A stretch of DNA of 64,000 nt from Camelus ferus (lineage: Eukaryota), in contig NC_045696.1 in the NCBI RefSeq assembly GCF_009834535.1, positions 108,626,001 through 108,690,000 on the forward strand, written 5' to 3'. Positions 39,115 through 52,762 of the stretch are shown here, one piece after another (the first letter of the stretch is position 1; each line of letters opens with the position of its first letter). Under the pieces are notes generated by a model. The model saw nothing but the letters and a program-made list of their open reading frames with translations. It had not been told where the DNA came from and made no database searches. The position numbers were made by a program, and so were the translations under genes.

Positions 39115-40235
39115 ACAAGAATTAACTCAAATGGATGAAAGACCTCAATTAAGAGCTAAAACCATAAAACTCTCAGAAGAAAACATACATACAAATCTTT
39201 ATGATCTTGGATTTAGGTCACAATTTCTTAACTGTGACACTAAACACACAAGCAACAAAAAGAAGTAACAGGTCAATTAGCTTTCACCAAAATTAAACTT
39301 TTGTGCCTCGAAGGATACTATTGGGAAAGTGGAAGGAAAGTCCACAGTATGGGAGAAACTACTTGCAAATCATAGCTCTGAAAAGGGACTAGTATCCAAA
39401 ATATATAAAAACCCTTAGAACACAATGATAAAAAAACAAATAACCCAATTTAAAAATAGACATTTCTCTAAAAATGTACCAACAGTCTCGATAAGCACAT
39501 GAGAAAATATTCAACAACATTAGTCATTAGGGAAATGAAAATGAAAACTACAGTGAGATACCACTTCATACCCACTAAGATGGCTATAATCAAGAATATG
39601 GGCAATAAGAATTGTTGGTGAGGATGTGGAGAAACTGGAATCCTCATACATTCTTGGTGGGAATGTAAAATGGTGCAGCTACTTTGCAAAGTAGTTTTGC
39701 ATTTCTTTAAAAAACTCAACGTAGAGTTCATATATGATCCAGAATTTCCAATTCCAAACCAAAGAGAACTGAAAACACACGCCCATGCAAAAGCTGTGCA
39801 CAAATGCTTATTATTATTCATAACAACTAAAAATAGAAACAACCCAATGTCCATCAACTGATAAACAAAACGTGGGATCTTCATCCAATGGAATATTATT
39901 CAGTCCCAAAAAAAGAATGAACCTGCTTTTTCACGCTGGTCCAGGCTACAACATGCAGAACTTTGAAAACATGCTCAGTGAAATGAGCCAGTTACAAAAG
40001 ATCACGCATTGTATGGTTCCATCTACATGAAATGTCCAGGACAGGCAAATCTATAGAGACAGAAAGTAGATTAGTGGTTGCCAGGGTCCAGGAGGAGAGG
40101 GGAAAAGGGAGTGACTGCTGATGGTATGGACTTATTTTGGGGTGTTGAAAATGTTGTGGAATAAGGCAGTGGTGATGATTGCATAACTTTGTGAATACAC
40201 TAAAAGCCACCTTAAAGGGTGGATTTTATGGTTAT
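39115..40235 (+). mobile_element. Old L1 (L1MB-like), ORF2 3' part plus 3'UTR
   Basis: aattaactcaaatggat ... gagataccacttcatacccactaagatggcta ... gacagaaagtagattagtggttgccaggg. Confidence 0.9.
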
Positions 40236-41217
40236 TATTATTGAGAGAGAGAGAGCGCGCATGCACACTGCTGCTCCCACCCTTCCCTGTGGCCTTGCCC
40301 TGAGTTCAGCCCTCACAGGCACTGCCTCTGGGAACTGTGGCCCATTTACACACAAGAACACTGAGGCCCAAACACAGGAACTAGTCTAAGGTCACACGTT
40401 AGCAGTGGCAGAGCTGGAACCAGAGCCCATGTCCTCACATCTTGGAGCCTCTAAGGCCCCATTCAGCTGCCCTAGGCGTCTGAGGCCTTAGGATGCTATT
40501 TACTCTTTTATGTCTACAGCATCACCACCCCAATCTACTCCCTTTAGGAAGTAAATATCTGTCACACCTAAAACAGGGAAAATCCCCATGCCCCCCACAT
40601 CCAACTGACACTGACAGTGAACCTGGGAGGCTGGGCGGCTTTTGCTCCCCAAACCCCTGCATGTGCAAGGCACCGCCTCTCCTCCTCCCCCGTTTACTCT
40701 CTTCCTTTCCTCCCTTCTCCATCCCCCTCCTCTTTCTTTATTGCTCCCCCTTCTGAGTTGTTTCAGGCAGGTGGGAGCTCACCCCTGAAGTAACGGCAGG
40801 TTGGGAGACCTCCCTATGATGAGGTGAGCCACTGGGGATCAGTCCTCTGGGGAAAAGGGACCCACGTCTTAATATCCAGATAACGTGGTGCTTCAGAGAC
40901 TCTCGGGTGACACCTGAATTCTAAACGGCAGCTTAAGAGCTGTGAAGCAGGAAACGACTGTTTTCACTCAGAAAGGGCTCCTTCTCAGAAGTTTCCTGCC
41001 TCAGGAATGTTTCCTATCTCAGAAGTGAGACTTGCAGAGAAGCTGAGCCTAAGTGCCCCAGTTTTCTCACAGAATGGAATTTGGACAGAAGATTCTGCTG
41101 CTGAAAGGACCAACCGGATACCCTGCATACACTAGGTGCATAAAAAATACTCTCTGAGATGATTTGTTTGATAACATCCATAGGATCATTTCAGGAACCT
41201 GAGTGAGGAGTCTAATT

Positions 41218-41430
41218 TGATTTGCAGACACACACTACTATATATAAAATAGATAGATAACAAGGTCGCACTGTAGAGCACAGGGAACTATATTCAATAC
41301 CTTGTAATAGCCTATAATGAAAAAGAAGATGAGAAGGAATATATATATGTATGTATAACAGAATCACTATGCTGTACACCAGAAATTAACACCACATTGT
41401 AAATCGACCATACATCAGTTACAAAAAAAA
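41218..41430 (+). mobile_element. Artiodactyl-type L1 3' end
   Basis: gcacagggaactatattcaatacc ... gctgtacaccagaaattaacacc, followed by an A tail. Confidence 0.85.
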
Positions 41431-44400
41431 CTGCTTCTCCCAAACTGTACTCGGGGAGGTGTCCTTGGGTGTTCCAAGGAGAGTAGCTTCCTGTGCTCAC
41501 GTAAGTTGAGAAGAAGGTTCATACTACACCTCCTTACTGGAGTCTTAAGAAGCATCCTGGGATATGAAGGTCTCAGGAGCCCGCAGAGAAGAGCCCTCCC
41601 ACATCCTTACAACCATGGACCCCTTTCCACATCCATTAAAGGAACAAGCACTCTCTAGACATAGGTAGGAGATGCCAAAGCTGAGCCAAAGGGCGATGCA
41701 GGGTGGCCGGTGCTGAAGGCGCAGGTGGAGCTGTAGATGCCGGCCACAGGCAAGCGGCAGCAGCAGCTCAGGAGTTCTGGAGCCTGGGCTGACGCCTAAG
41801 GACGGGCTGAGTAGGTGGTGGGAGGACCTGCAGGGCTGCAGACTGACGCACGCCCTCCTGGTAGTTGGATGTGAGCAGAGGCTCAGAGACGCTGCTTGGA
41901 CTCTGTTTACACGCCAGCAGGAGAGCTGTGCCCAGGAGATCCGGAACAGCGGTGAAGACAAGCTAGCGCGGAAGCCCCTATTGTGGCCGGGCCTTCCCGC
42001 TCTCCAGGGCGTGGAGGGGCCACAGGCAGCGGGGGAGGGGGAGAGGAGGAGAGGGCGGAGCCCACTGCCCGCCAGGCAGGCCACCCCCCCATTCCCACTC
42101 ACAGTACGCCCCAGTGCAGAGGGGTGGACATCAGTGCTGCCACAAGGGCACTTGATTCACCTTTCGCCACATTCATCAAGTGAGATTAAGAGCAGACAAG
42201 TGAGGGAGACAGCGAGGCAGACACAAGGCACCGGCCCAAACCCAGAAGCTTGGGGCTCCAGCGCGCAGCACAGTGGGGCCCTCTGGCTGCTTCAGTCCTC
42301 TCTCTCCCCATCTGCACCAGTGCCCCGGCTGCCTGACTCCCTGCTCCCGGGGCCCCGATGTGTCCCCCATGAGTCCTGTCTCATCCCAGAGAACGCATGC
42401 CAGCTTTGGAGGGGCCACCTCCTGGGCAAAATCCCGATGTTTCAGTATCTGATAGCTCTCTACAGCTGATCAAATGTAATTTTCCAGTTGAGAGAGAAAA
42501 ATGAACTCCCTAAAATAAGGGAGCTAAAAGTGAAGCATCCTAAAAGACAAAGCGCAGTGCCCGAGCAGGCGGGGGCTCAGCCCCGCAGCCAAGGTCATCA
42601 GGGCTCCAATAAAGGCAGCAAAGGACCTGATCTGGGGCATCTCTACCGACACACGTACACTAACATATACAGCAGACCTGGATGTATAGACATGTGCATA
42701 TGTACAAGTGCACAGTATCAAGGAATCTGACTTTGAGATTAGAAAATGTGGTCACTACTCTCAGAAAACCTGCAAGGAAAAAAGTGACCGAAGCCCAGGG
42801 GGCGGGGGGGCAGAACACCTCTGAGAGCTGGACAAGGGAGCCAGCCCGCACTCAGACTGCCCAGTCTCAGGGAAACGAGGCAGGACGGGGGCGGGGGGCT
42901 GGCAAGCATCACAGAAGGAACGCACAGTAGGGACCGCGGTCCTCCATGGGTCCTGGAGGGAGGTTGAAGGAACGCATGGGGCTGGGGGTTGGGGGATCTG
43001 GGGTCTGGAGGACTTGATAACCCCACTGGTAGGCCATACCAGAACCTCCTCAAAGGGGAGGAAAATTACAAAGTGGGGCGAGAGAGGGGCAGAGGGAAAA
43101 GTAAAGGAGAGACAAGCAGCACTACCCCTGGAGTAGGACAGGAATGAGCCTCCGGACGCTGGGCGCTCGGGGCCTGGCCCATGGTGCCTGCTCTCCATCC
43201 CGTTCACCTGCCCCCAGATCCCTCCCGCCTGTGGCCTCTTGCTCTTTGGCCTCCTCTCCCATAAGCCTTCTTCATTCAGGGACTCCTGCTGGAAAGGACT
43301 CTCTCCAGAGACACCCTGGACTGCACGAGGCCCCTGGAGCCCACATGTGTAGCAAGGACACCTCTAAACCTGCACTGGCTCCTTCCCCATCCCCTGCCTC
43401 GCCTACTCCTGGGATCCAAGGCAGCAGGAAGGACGTGGCTACGACATGCATGCGTGGGGTCTGATGGCTTCTCCGAGGTACCCAGTGATTACTCCCTTGG
43501 GGGTCACCGAGCCAGTCCAGAGAGGACTCCCAGTCTCTTCACTCTGCATAATTGCATGTCCTTCTCTCAGCCTGCATGGAAGGGGCGGACACCCTGGGTC
43601 TGCCACTTTGCCAGGAATGTTCTCCCAACCTGGTGATGGCCCCTGGGGCTCATGTCCTCTCTCCCAGTCCATACTCCACAGGCCTCCTGTTTGCCAGCAG
43701 CCTTGCTCCCAGGGCCGAGCCACCCACCACACGGCAGCTCCCTCCTCCCCTCCTGCCCATCTGCAAAGCCTCGGAGAAGCCTCAAGCATCTCCATGTGGC
43801 AAATGCATTTGGAAGCATGAAATCTGTTGGAAATCTAATGAGACCAAAAGAGAATAGAAAGACAGAATTTAACTTCTTTCTCCCAGTTCTGGATTTGATG
43901 TCACCATCTCAGGTCTGCCTGGGTGTGGCCCTGCCTTTGTTCAGAAGTGCCATGGGGCACCATCAGCACACCTTCATTTGTCTCCTGCTGCCTCGGGGGC
44001 AGAACACAGAGCATCACATCAGCTCTGCCTAGGACAGGCCCTTCTGGAGGCTCTGAGGAGCCCGCAGGCCTGCTGGGCGGTGCATTCTGGGGCGGGCCTG
44101 GGAGGACTTCTCCATCTAAAGAGGAGGAGGGGTGTGAAGGCCAGCCTGGGGTGAGCATGCCAGCATGGGCAGCAGCCCTGCAGGAGGGAGCCTCGCCCTG
44201 CTGTGTGCAGTGGTGGCCGCCTGCCCTGTGGGGGCTTTGGAGGCCCCACAGTGATGTGCAGGTCTCCTGGTACCATGGCCACTGGTCTGGGCTTGCAAGT
44301 GACACTGCTCTTTCCCCAGGGCGTGGGCATCTGATGGCTGGGCTATCAGTGCCCGGTTACCGAACGCTGGGCTGGGACAGGAGTGGTGTGAGGGAGACCC

Positions 44401-45178
44401 CGGGGGGAAGAGCCCTGGGCAGACGCTGTGTGTTTCCTGCTTCCTTGTCCTCTAGGCCACAGGACAGGAAGAAAAATGGAGAAAGCAGGAGGTGGAGAAG
44501 AGGAGATCCCACCATAGAAATGACAGCGGGCACCCCTGGTGGACACCTACCACGGGCGGGCTGGTGCCAAGCCCTGACCGCATGACCCCGTCCACCCTCA
44601 AAGGGGGCTCTGCCGCTGGCCGACTGAGCAGCGATCACAGACAGGTCCCAGTCACTGAATCTCCTTGTATCCTGGTGTTCTCATCTTTGAAAAGTGGGAG
44701 TTGTGGCAGCAATTCCATCAGGCTGCTTCAGAAGCGACCAGGCAGCGCCGAGCCCAGGGGCTGGCCCGCGGGAGTGCGCGGAGGATGTGAGCCAGCACGT
44801 GATCGAGTCTTCCCGACACATGTCCCCCAGAAGACGGACGGAGAGCCAGGTACAATATGTTCTTGCAAGTGCTAAGTATCATTTTATGAAAAGCAGATAC
44901 AAACCAAATGTCCAGCATTGCAGAAACTGTTTTCCATATGATATGATACCCAAAGGTAGACTGCCAAATGGACAGCCATTAAAAAGGAGGCTCGTGATGT
45001 TTTACATCAAAATGCTTGGACTAGACTGTTAGGTTCAAAATGATAATGAACCAGACAACGAGGCTGCAAGTTAAAGCAAACATACCAAAATACTAACAGG
45101 ATTATGGGTACTATTTTGCCTACATCTTTATTATGTTTAAGTTTTCAAATTTTTGACAGTAGGCATCTGTTAATTCTA

Positions 45179-45589
45179 TAGTCATCCGTCAGATACTGCA
45201 GGGGATTGGTTTCAGGAGCCCCGCAGATACCAAAATCAGCAGATTCTCAAATCCCTTATACAAAATGTAGTATTTGCATATAACCAATGCACATCCTCCC
45301 ATTTTTTTTATTGAAACATAGTTGATTTACAATGTTGTCTTAATTTCTGGTGTACAGTATAGTGATTCAGTTATATACATATATATTCTTCCGTGTATAA
45401 CACCTAATATAATTTAAATGCTATGTAAGTAGTTGTAAATACAATGTAAACTCTATGTAAATAGTTGCCAGTGCATGACGAATTCAAGTTTTGCTTTTTG
45501 AACTTTCTGGAATTTTTTTTCCAGATATTTTTGATCCATGGTTGATTGAATCCATGGATGGAGAACCTGCAGATACAAAGGGCCAACTG
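45179..45589 (+). mobile_element. MER2-like (TcMar-Tigger) MITE with nested L1
   Basis: TA-flanked TIRs tagtcatccgtcagatactgcagg ... cctgcagatacaaagggccaactg. Confidence 0.85.
45302..45388 (-). mobile_element. Very short L1 3' end nested in the MER2-like element
   Basis: tttttttattgaaacatagttgatttacaatgttg ... tttctggtgtacag is the reverse complement of the young L1 tail. Confidence 0.8.
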
Positions 45590-46444
45590 TATATTAAAAT
45601 ATTTAATTTACTTGAACAAAAGTGAAAAGTGAGAGCCAGAGGCATATTCTGCAGGACGTAAGGCATAAGGAGGCGTAAGGAAATGAGATACATCAGAATA
45701 AATGGATGCCTTTTTCTAAAATCAGGTAAATACTCAGAAAGGAGAGGATGAGACCCATGCAGAGAAAAAGAAAATTGAATCTATAATAAATTTGAGTTAT
45801 AAGGAATAAATATGCAGTGTTTGTGGAAATTGTGTTGCGTCTGGAAAAAAAGAACAATAAATATGTATATAATGTAAATCTTTTATAATAAATCCGATGA
45901 GCTAACGGCCCTGCCAGCTAGCACCGTGGAAAGTCTCAGGCTCCCCACAGGTGATCGGGGTTATTGGTACAACAATGGTGGGTTGAGCTGGCCACGCTCC
46001 AAGGTCATCACCCTCCTTCACCCGTGTGTGAGGCCATCTGTGCCCTGCAGGGCAGAGTGAAGCAAGATGCAGAGTCCACAGCATGTCCATCCAGACCTTT
46101 CTAGCATCTCCCTGGAGCTCTCTGAATTTTCCCCTCCACACCGGGCTTCCCAGGTCTCTGAAGGCACTGCATCCATCTTTTTGTTCCACCTTCATTCTGC
46201 TCCAGTTCCCAGCCAAGCCCCACTCCTCTGGGACCCCAAATTTAAGGGCTTAAAAAGAAAAAGTAATAGAACAAATTGTGAGCTAGGTGCCATGCAGGGA
46301 ACTGGGGACCTAGCAGTCGATGAGACAGGTGTGGACTCCTAGAGGTTAAGTTAATGTCAAGGTACCTTGTGCCAGGGCAGACCCAGAGGAGATGCCTCAG
46401 CCGTGAATGAATGAGTGGGATAACTTGAACATTGTTTTATCCAC

Positions 46445-46493
46445 TGTAGAGCTTTCAGAGCTGTTCAGAGAACCAGTAAAGTGTGTGTGTGCG

Positions 46494-46526
<33 letters not shown>

Positions 46527-46915
46527 AGAGAGAGACAGCGACAATGATTTTGAGGAATTGGTTCATGCAGTTGTGAAGCTGGCAAGTCCAAAATATGCCA
46601 GATAGGCCAGAAGGGGAGAGCTAATATTTCCCTAGAGAATGAACACCTAGAGGAGAGTAAGGATTCAAGTCCAAAGGCAGTCTACTAGCAGAATCCTCTC
46701 TTTCTTGGGGGATGTCAGTCTTTTTTTAAAATATATGTCTTCAACTGATTAGATGAGGCCCACCCTCATTATGGAAGGTAATTTGTTTCAAAGTCTACTG
46801 ATTTAAATGTTAATCTCATCTTAAAAAACCTTCACAGAGACATCGAGAATAATATCTGACCAAGTATCTGATACCGTGGCCTAGCCAAGTTGACAGAGTA
46901 AAAAGTAACCATCAA
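46445..46915 (-). mobile_element. ERVL solo LTR (MLT2-like)
   Basis: gaggaattggttcatgc ... gatgaggcccaccc ... gtggcctagccaagttgaca ... aaccatca. Confidence 0.85.
46481..46526 (+). repeat. Interrupted (GT)n microsatellite within MLT2
   Basis: Read directly; two GC interruptions. Confidence 0.95.
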
Positions 46916-49900
46916 ACTAATCTTATGGTTTTATAGATGAAGAAAAAAGCCAGTCCTGGGAGACACCATGACCAGGCTACAGAGCTGACAAGAGCCTAAA
47001 CTCATATTCAAGCCAGTGTTTAAGAAACTTCCCTCTTCCACTCTTCACCTCTTAAATCAAACACAAACTTTTTCTTTTTCTTTTTCTCTTTCTCTACCCA
47101 GCCTTTTCCTTAAACCCAGAAGCCTGATTTCCAGAGCTTATTCAAACTCAGAGGCCATCTTGAAGGCACTATCTATCACTCTGATCAATTTTCCAGAGGT
47201 TCCAAAAATATTCAATCAACACACACCAGAGATGCAGGCACTGCCCCATGAGGCCCATCCCGTTCAGCCTCTGACCTGCCATCTTTTTACATAACCCTAG
47301 TGTGATGTCTGCCATGACCAGGGCCGAATACTGACCAGCTGTCTCTACAAGGATTGGGATTTTTTTCCTAAATGCTCACCTAGGACCTATTCCTTCCTTC
47401 CCAGTACAGATGAACTCCATCCTGGCAAAGGCATGTGTGAAACTATTAGGTTGACCTGCATGAAATTGCTGATACCTGACCCAGGAAACAGAATTTCCAT
47501 AGAGTTCAAGGCAAAATGAGCTCATCGTTTCCTGGTTGGACCTCACCATCCTCAGCGTCCTGTTCTCTGCAAAGGGAGACTCTCCACCTCCTCGGTGGAC
47601 AGGAATGAAAGATGCTGTTATTAAAAACAATCTAAAGCGATTTGAGAAGTGACAGCATCTCTTAGAGCAATGAGGTAATGCATCCAGCCTGCCTTCTCGG
47701 CCGTTTAACTTCCTGACAGGAGGCACAGAATGGGAACAAATTGATGGTCCTGTACAAAGTCAAGTAAATAAATAGCAATGCTTAATGCAATCATCTTCCA
47801 TATTGCCTCATCAAAACCCACACAGTCAAAGCCATTTATGAATTACGTAGGTCCCTACTGTTGTCATCTTTTCAGAGTGTTGCTCTCAAAGATGCCTGCA
47901 GGTGGGGAGAAACAGGAGAGAAGGTGTTAATCAATCTTGAAGCTATGATCCAAAATGATTTAGAAAGATGATAGCTATTGCTTGAGCCATTTCTAAATTT
48001 CTGAGGGGAAACTTCCAAGGGACTAAGTCATTAATGGAGAGATAGGGAGGAGGCTGGCAGGGGGTGGGGTTGGGGGCAGTTATTGTTAGGGAATAACTAC
48101 CTTGGTGCCCTTGTCTACCTTGTTTTTCAAAAAAATAAATAAATACGCTTTGGGAAGAAGTGGAGGTGGTTAGGACCCAGACCCAGAGGAAGGGTGGGCT
48201 GCAATGAAGTGACCCTCTTCAGTCTAGCTTGTCAGATTCCTTATTTCCCTTCCTTTTGGCCATTCTCCAAGATAATAGAGCCCTGGAAACAGCAAAGGAT
48301 AAAAAGACCCAAATACGCTTGGTGGTTGGATATTGGAGTTACTCCATCATCAGCCTTAAGTGGATCAGAGGTTCTGAGGCCAACGGTCATGAATGAGGGG
48401 AGGCCCGAAGCTTCAAGAAGCAGACACCACCCCCTCGTAATCAAAGGGCACACACTTTCCCCTGGGGAGAGGATGGCCCTGGGAAGACAGTGCCCACGAC
48501 CTTGATTGTTAATCTGCAGTGTGATGACCAAAATATGAACAATGCAATACGTTTTAACAAAGGTAAGTTCATTTTCATCAAAAGGACAGTCTTTTATTCT
48601 ATCCTTGCCACTTTGGGAGGTTGGGTTAAGGTATCTTCTCTTTTACAGAATTCACAATGGCTGTAGATGGTCATTGCGTTTCCAGTGGTTTCACAGGAGA
48701 AAACAATCTAACTCGAAGGTTAGCCATTCAAGTCAGCACGTAAGGCAAAAGCCTCAGAATCTCATCCTCGAAGACTCTCCATTAGCCACCCACGGCAGTC
48801 ACACAAACACGACGGCGTGCACTCGTCCCTGTATCGCTCCCTCTAATTCATTCTTAGTCAATGCTTTTTATCAGTTCAAACGCCAGTCACAAGAAACCCA
48901 CTGCACAAGAGCTTAAATTCCAAAGGGAACGCATTGGCTGGGGAAGTTCAAATGGAAGAGGGCAGCAGGCTTCACTCCCTTGGGGGGATCCCCTTGGGGT
49001 GCTTGTCCTGGGGTACCACAGGAAGCTCACAGCAGAAAGACACTGTGAACTCAAGGACCAGCCAGCTTTTGTCCCAAGCAGTTCTCCAAGCAGGAAGAGC
49101 AGTTCTCCAAGCACCAAGAGTTCAAAGGTCCAAAAGTTAGTCTGTGAGCCCTGAATTCCTGTATCTATCCCCACAGAGAATCTGGCCCAAAGCTGCTCCA
49201 TTTAGATCCCCAAAAAGCTAGTGGACCATGATGTCCAGAGCCACCTTCTCCAGAGTGATGGACTACTTTTGAGCCTGTAAAGAAGCATCCATGGGGCTAG
49301 AACTCTAGCTCGACAGGTCCCCACACCTTCCAGAAATGCGTACTTAGAACCAAGCCCACAGAGGGAGGAAACAGGAGTGAAGCAACTATTGTTGGGGCAT
49401 CTGAGCTATTCCATCATCTCCTGAGACAGACGCTCACTTGAGGCAGCATGGAGCTGGGAGAAATGGAAGATACAATGGCCTCATAATCAAGGACCCCGCA
49501 GCCCTGGTGTGGAGGCCGGGGGCCCAGGAACATAATGCCCACTGCCCAGCACTGTGACCAGGCTCCTCCGTGTGCATGGCGTGGTGGATGTGGTGACAAG
49601 TTAGTTACTCTGCTCCCATTATGTTCCAGGATACCGCCTGAGGTCCAGGGCCTTTGGGGAGAGGAGAGGCTTTCTACAACTCAAAGGGAGCCTCAAGGGA
49701 CAGACTAAAGGAAGCATCCTTCTCTCCCTACCCGGGACCTCAACCTGCCTTCCCCAGTACTAGAGCTCTCGTCCTGCACTGACTCTTAAAGAGAACAGTC
49801 TTCAGTTTCCCAAGGCTCCCTCTTCAAGCCTCATTCCATAGTCTAGTTCTTCACCTTGACAACGGAGGTCGAGATCTGCTGTCTCCATCACCTACTCACT

Positions 49901-49938
49901 CCCCTAGTAACCCTGGAATAGCCATCTTCCATTTAGCA

Positions 49939-50141
49939 CAGGGTTCTTGACCTCAACACTATTGACATTTGGGGCCAAATAGTTCTTCACTGTGGGAAGC
50001 TGTCCTGCACATCACAGGATGTTTCGTGGCATCATCTTTACCCCTATGTGCCCACATAGCCTCCCATTTTGACCATCAAAAGACAAACGTTCCCCAGAGG
50101 GGAAGAGGGGAAAAATTGCCTCTTCTGTTTAAGAACCACTG
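49939..50141 (-). mobile_element. MER20 (hAT-Charlie)
   Basis: cagggttcttgacctcaacactattgacatttggggcc ... aagaaccactg. Confidence 0.88.
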
Positions 50142-51104
50142 GGCTAGAGTGAAAAGAGGCTGCCTCAAGGATGTGAATAAACATTTGTTAAGGGAAGGAA
50201 CAAGTGAACAAGGGAAATGAATGAGCAAGTGAATCAGTGAATGACTGAATGAATCTGTGTGCCAGAGAGGAAGCATCCTGCTCCTGGAGGGCTCGGGTAC
50301 CCAAAGCTGAGAGCTGTAGGCAGTGAAGAGTTAAGGGTTAGCCTTGGACCCTCAATGGGCTTTTGCTGCCTGTGCAGTTCAATGCGTTTCCAATTAACGA
50401 GAGGACTTACAGATGTCAATGGACCTTGAATAGGGTCGCAGGAATGGGGCCTCTGATAAGACAGAGTGTGACACGGGAAGCTCAGGTACCTGCCTGCCAA
50501 GGCACTGATTCATTCCTTTCGTCAAGCTGTAGTTTGGAATGACAGCATCTCACCTTCTGCGTCCCAGCTGCCATCTGCAAAGGTGACCTGCGCTCATCTG
50601 CCCAGCACGTCTCCTCTCTCGACCTCTCTCTGAGCTGTCACTCCTCTTCCTCTCTCTCCCTCCATCACCACCTCTCTTGGAATTCACTGAACTGCTGTGC
50701 ACTGTCCCTCCTAAGGTAGGACTAGTGAACCTGCAGGGTTAAAGGTCAGCAGACTTTTGTCAAGGAGGAAGAGGGGGGCAGAAGGCTCAAGCGGCTGGCT
50801 GCACACCATCCCTCCTTGGCCTCCTGGACCCCTCTGCCCTCTCTCCAACTCAGCCACACTCCTCACCCTGAGCTCGAGACCACAGAATATGAGCCAGGGC
50901 TGGGGCTGTGGATGAGGAAGTGGTCCAGTGAGACGTAAAACAGTTCAGGTTTCCTTGTCCTTTCAAATGAAATCAGGTCCTGCTCACTGAGTGTTGAGGC
51001 ATTGCTACTGCTAAGCTCCTTATGGGTATCATCTCATGTGATCTGTCAGCGTCCTCAGGAATAAGACTTCCATCATCCATTTTATAGAAGGAAAAAGGCA
51101 GTCA

Positions 51105-51240
51105 GAAGTTTTCAAATTTTCAAGGTGCGTCAGAATCACTTGGAGACCCTGTTACAACCTGAATGGCGGGACCCACTTCCAGAGTTTCTGATTCAGTAAT
51201 TCTGGGCTGGGGCTGGAGAATCTGTATTTCTCCACCGGAG
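51105..51240. mobile_element. MER5A-like fragment within a MIR
   Basis: tcagaatcacttggag ... ccagagtttctgattcagta ... ggctggagaatctgtatttct. Confidence 0.7.
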
Positions 51241-51417
51241 GATGAATTCCTTAGACTAGAAATCAAGTAACTTACTCTAATTACTACACAGATGCCAAGG
51301 GGGAAGGTGTCGATGGGAACCCAGGTCTCTTGGATAGTAGAGTTTGAAGTCATAACCTGATATCATTTCAGGTGATCTGCGCCAACAGATCCCACTTTTA
51401 TAGATGGAGAGACAATC

Positions 51418-51620
51418 TAACATTCATCAACCCATTCATTAAATATTTACCAAACATCTACCACCTGCCCTGCCATGTGCTGGTCACTGGGGATACAAAC
51501 ACAAATAATAAGCTGTTCTCAGTGAGCTTATATGTCCATGGAGGGAACGAGGCACATACAACAATAATTACAATAAATGCAGGTAGGACTATAGTTCAGA
51601 AAGAGCAAAGCATGTGCTAG
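51418..51620 (-). mobile_element. L2 3' end
   Basis: cattcattaaatatttacc ... gtgctggtcactggggataca. Confidence 0.65.
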
Positions 51621-52762
51621 AGGAGCTGTTCTCAAATTGGGGGGGGGGGCTCAATGTCCTTTTACAATCTTAAAAATTATTGAGAACCCCGACAATGGAC
51701 TCATTACATGTGAACACAAATAACATATTTTATGAAAAATAACTATATTTTCAACCAAAGTGAGAAGACTGGCATTGCTTTACAGTTTTTCAAATCTCCT
51801 TAAGTTCGGTTCAGCAGAAGACAGCTGGATCCACACTTGTGCTTCTGCATTCCACCTGATGTTATACATTATTTTGGTTGAAATATATGAAGTAAATCTA
51901 CCTCACACAGACATGTAGCTGGAAGAGGGAAAGGCACTGGAGTAGCCTTTTCAGATAACTGAGGCTATTCCTTAATACTACAGCAAAAATCAGGAAGTTG
52001 AGTTGCAAATGTAAAATCCTACACCTAAACAAAGAAAATTTTGCATTAATATTGCATTAAAACACACTTGTCTATTTTGAATTTTTCATGGAACTTTCAC
52101 TTATGTTTGATTTAGTCACATACTAGTCATTTGGCATATAAATATCAGTACAATGAATTATGCAGGCCTTCCAAAACTGACACATCATACAGTATCAAAA
52201 AAAAAAAAAAAACTATATTCATTAAAGTATAATCTCTAAAATAATGGGAAACTGTCAAGTTTCCCAAAACTCTAATTTTCACTTGAAAGCTCAAATTTTA
52301 CCGTTATCACTAGCAACCACTATTTCCAACTGTTTTCCTTGGAATGATAAGTTTGCTCCTTTCATTGTCAAGAAAATCTCTGCCAAATATCCACATCTGA
52401 ATAGCCATAATCTGTATGTCTGTTGTTCTTTCAAGTAAAAAAAAAAAAAAAAAAAAAATGATGTTCCATGAAAAAAGTGGCTAGTTCAGCCTGCAACTTA
52501 AATAATCATGAGTGCTTCTCCTTGAGACAAGCATGATACTTCAGCAGCAGAAGTTTTTTATTTGAACTTACCATTTCATCACACAGAATATTAAAAGGAC
52601 ATGAACTAAAGAATCAAGACTTTAAAAAAAAAATCTGTTAACTTCAACTGCTTCATCAAGGGCATTCTTGAGTGAAACTGGTAACATTTTGTTAGTTTGA
52701 GTGGCTATTAGTAAAGGACGGAAGGGTTACTAAGAAACTTTGGTGCAACTCCTTTAATTCTT

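Noticed and set aside
43923..44585. 220-aa ORF and overlapping ORFs in a GC-rich region
   Set aside because: Low-complexity G/P/W/R-rich translation with ORFs open in many frames, as expected from GC content. No homology recognised.
52197..52458. Poly-A runs (A16 at 52197, A22 at 52437) as retrocopy tails
   Set aside because: They lie inside collinear Charlie1 sequence with no TSDs or upstream insert. Homopolymer expansions.
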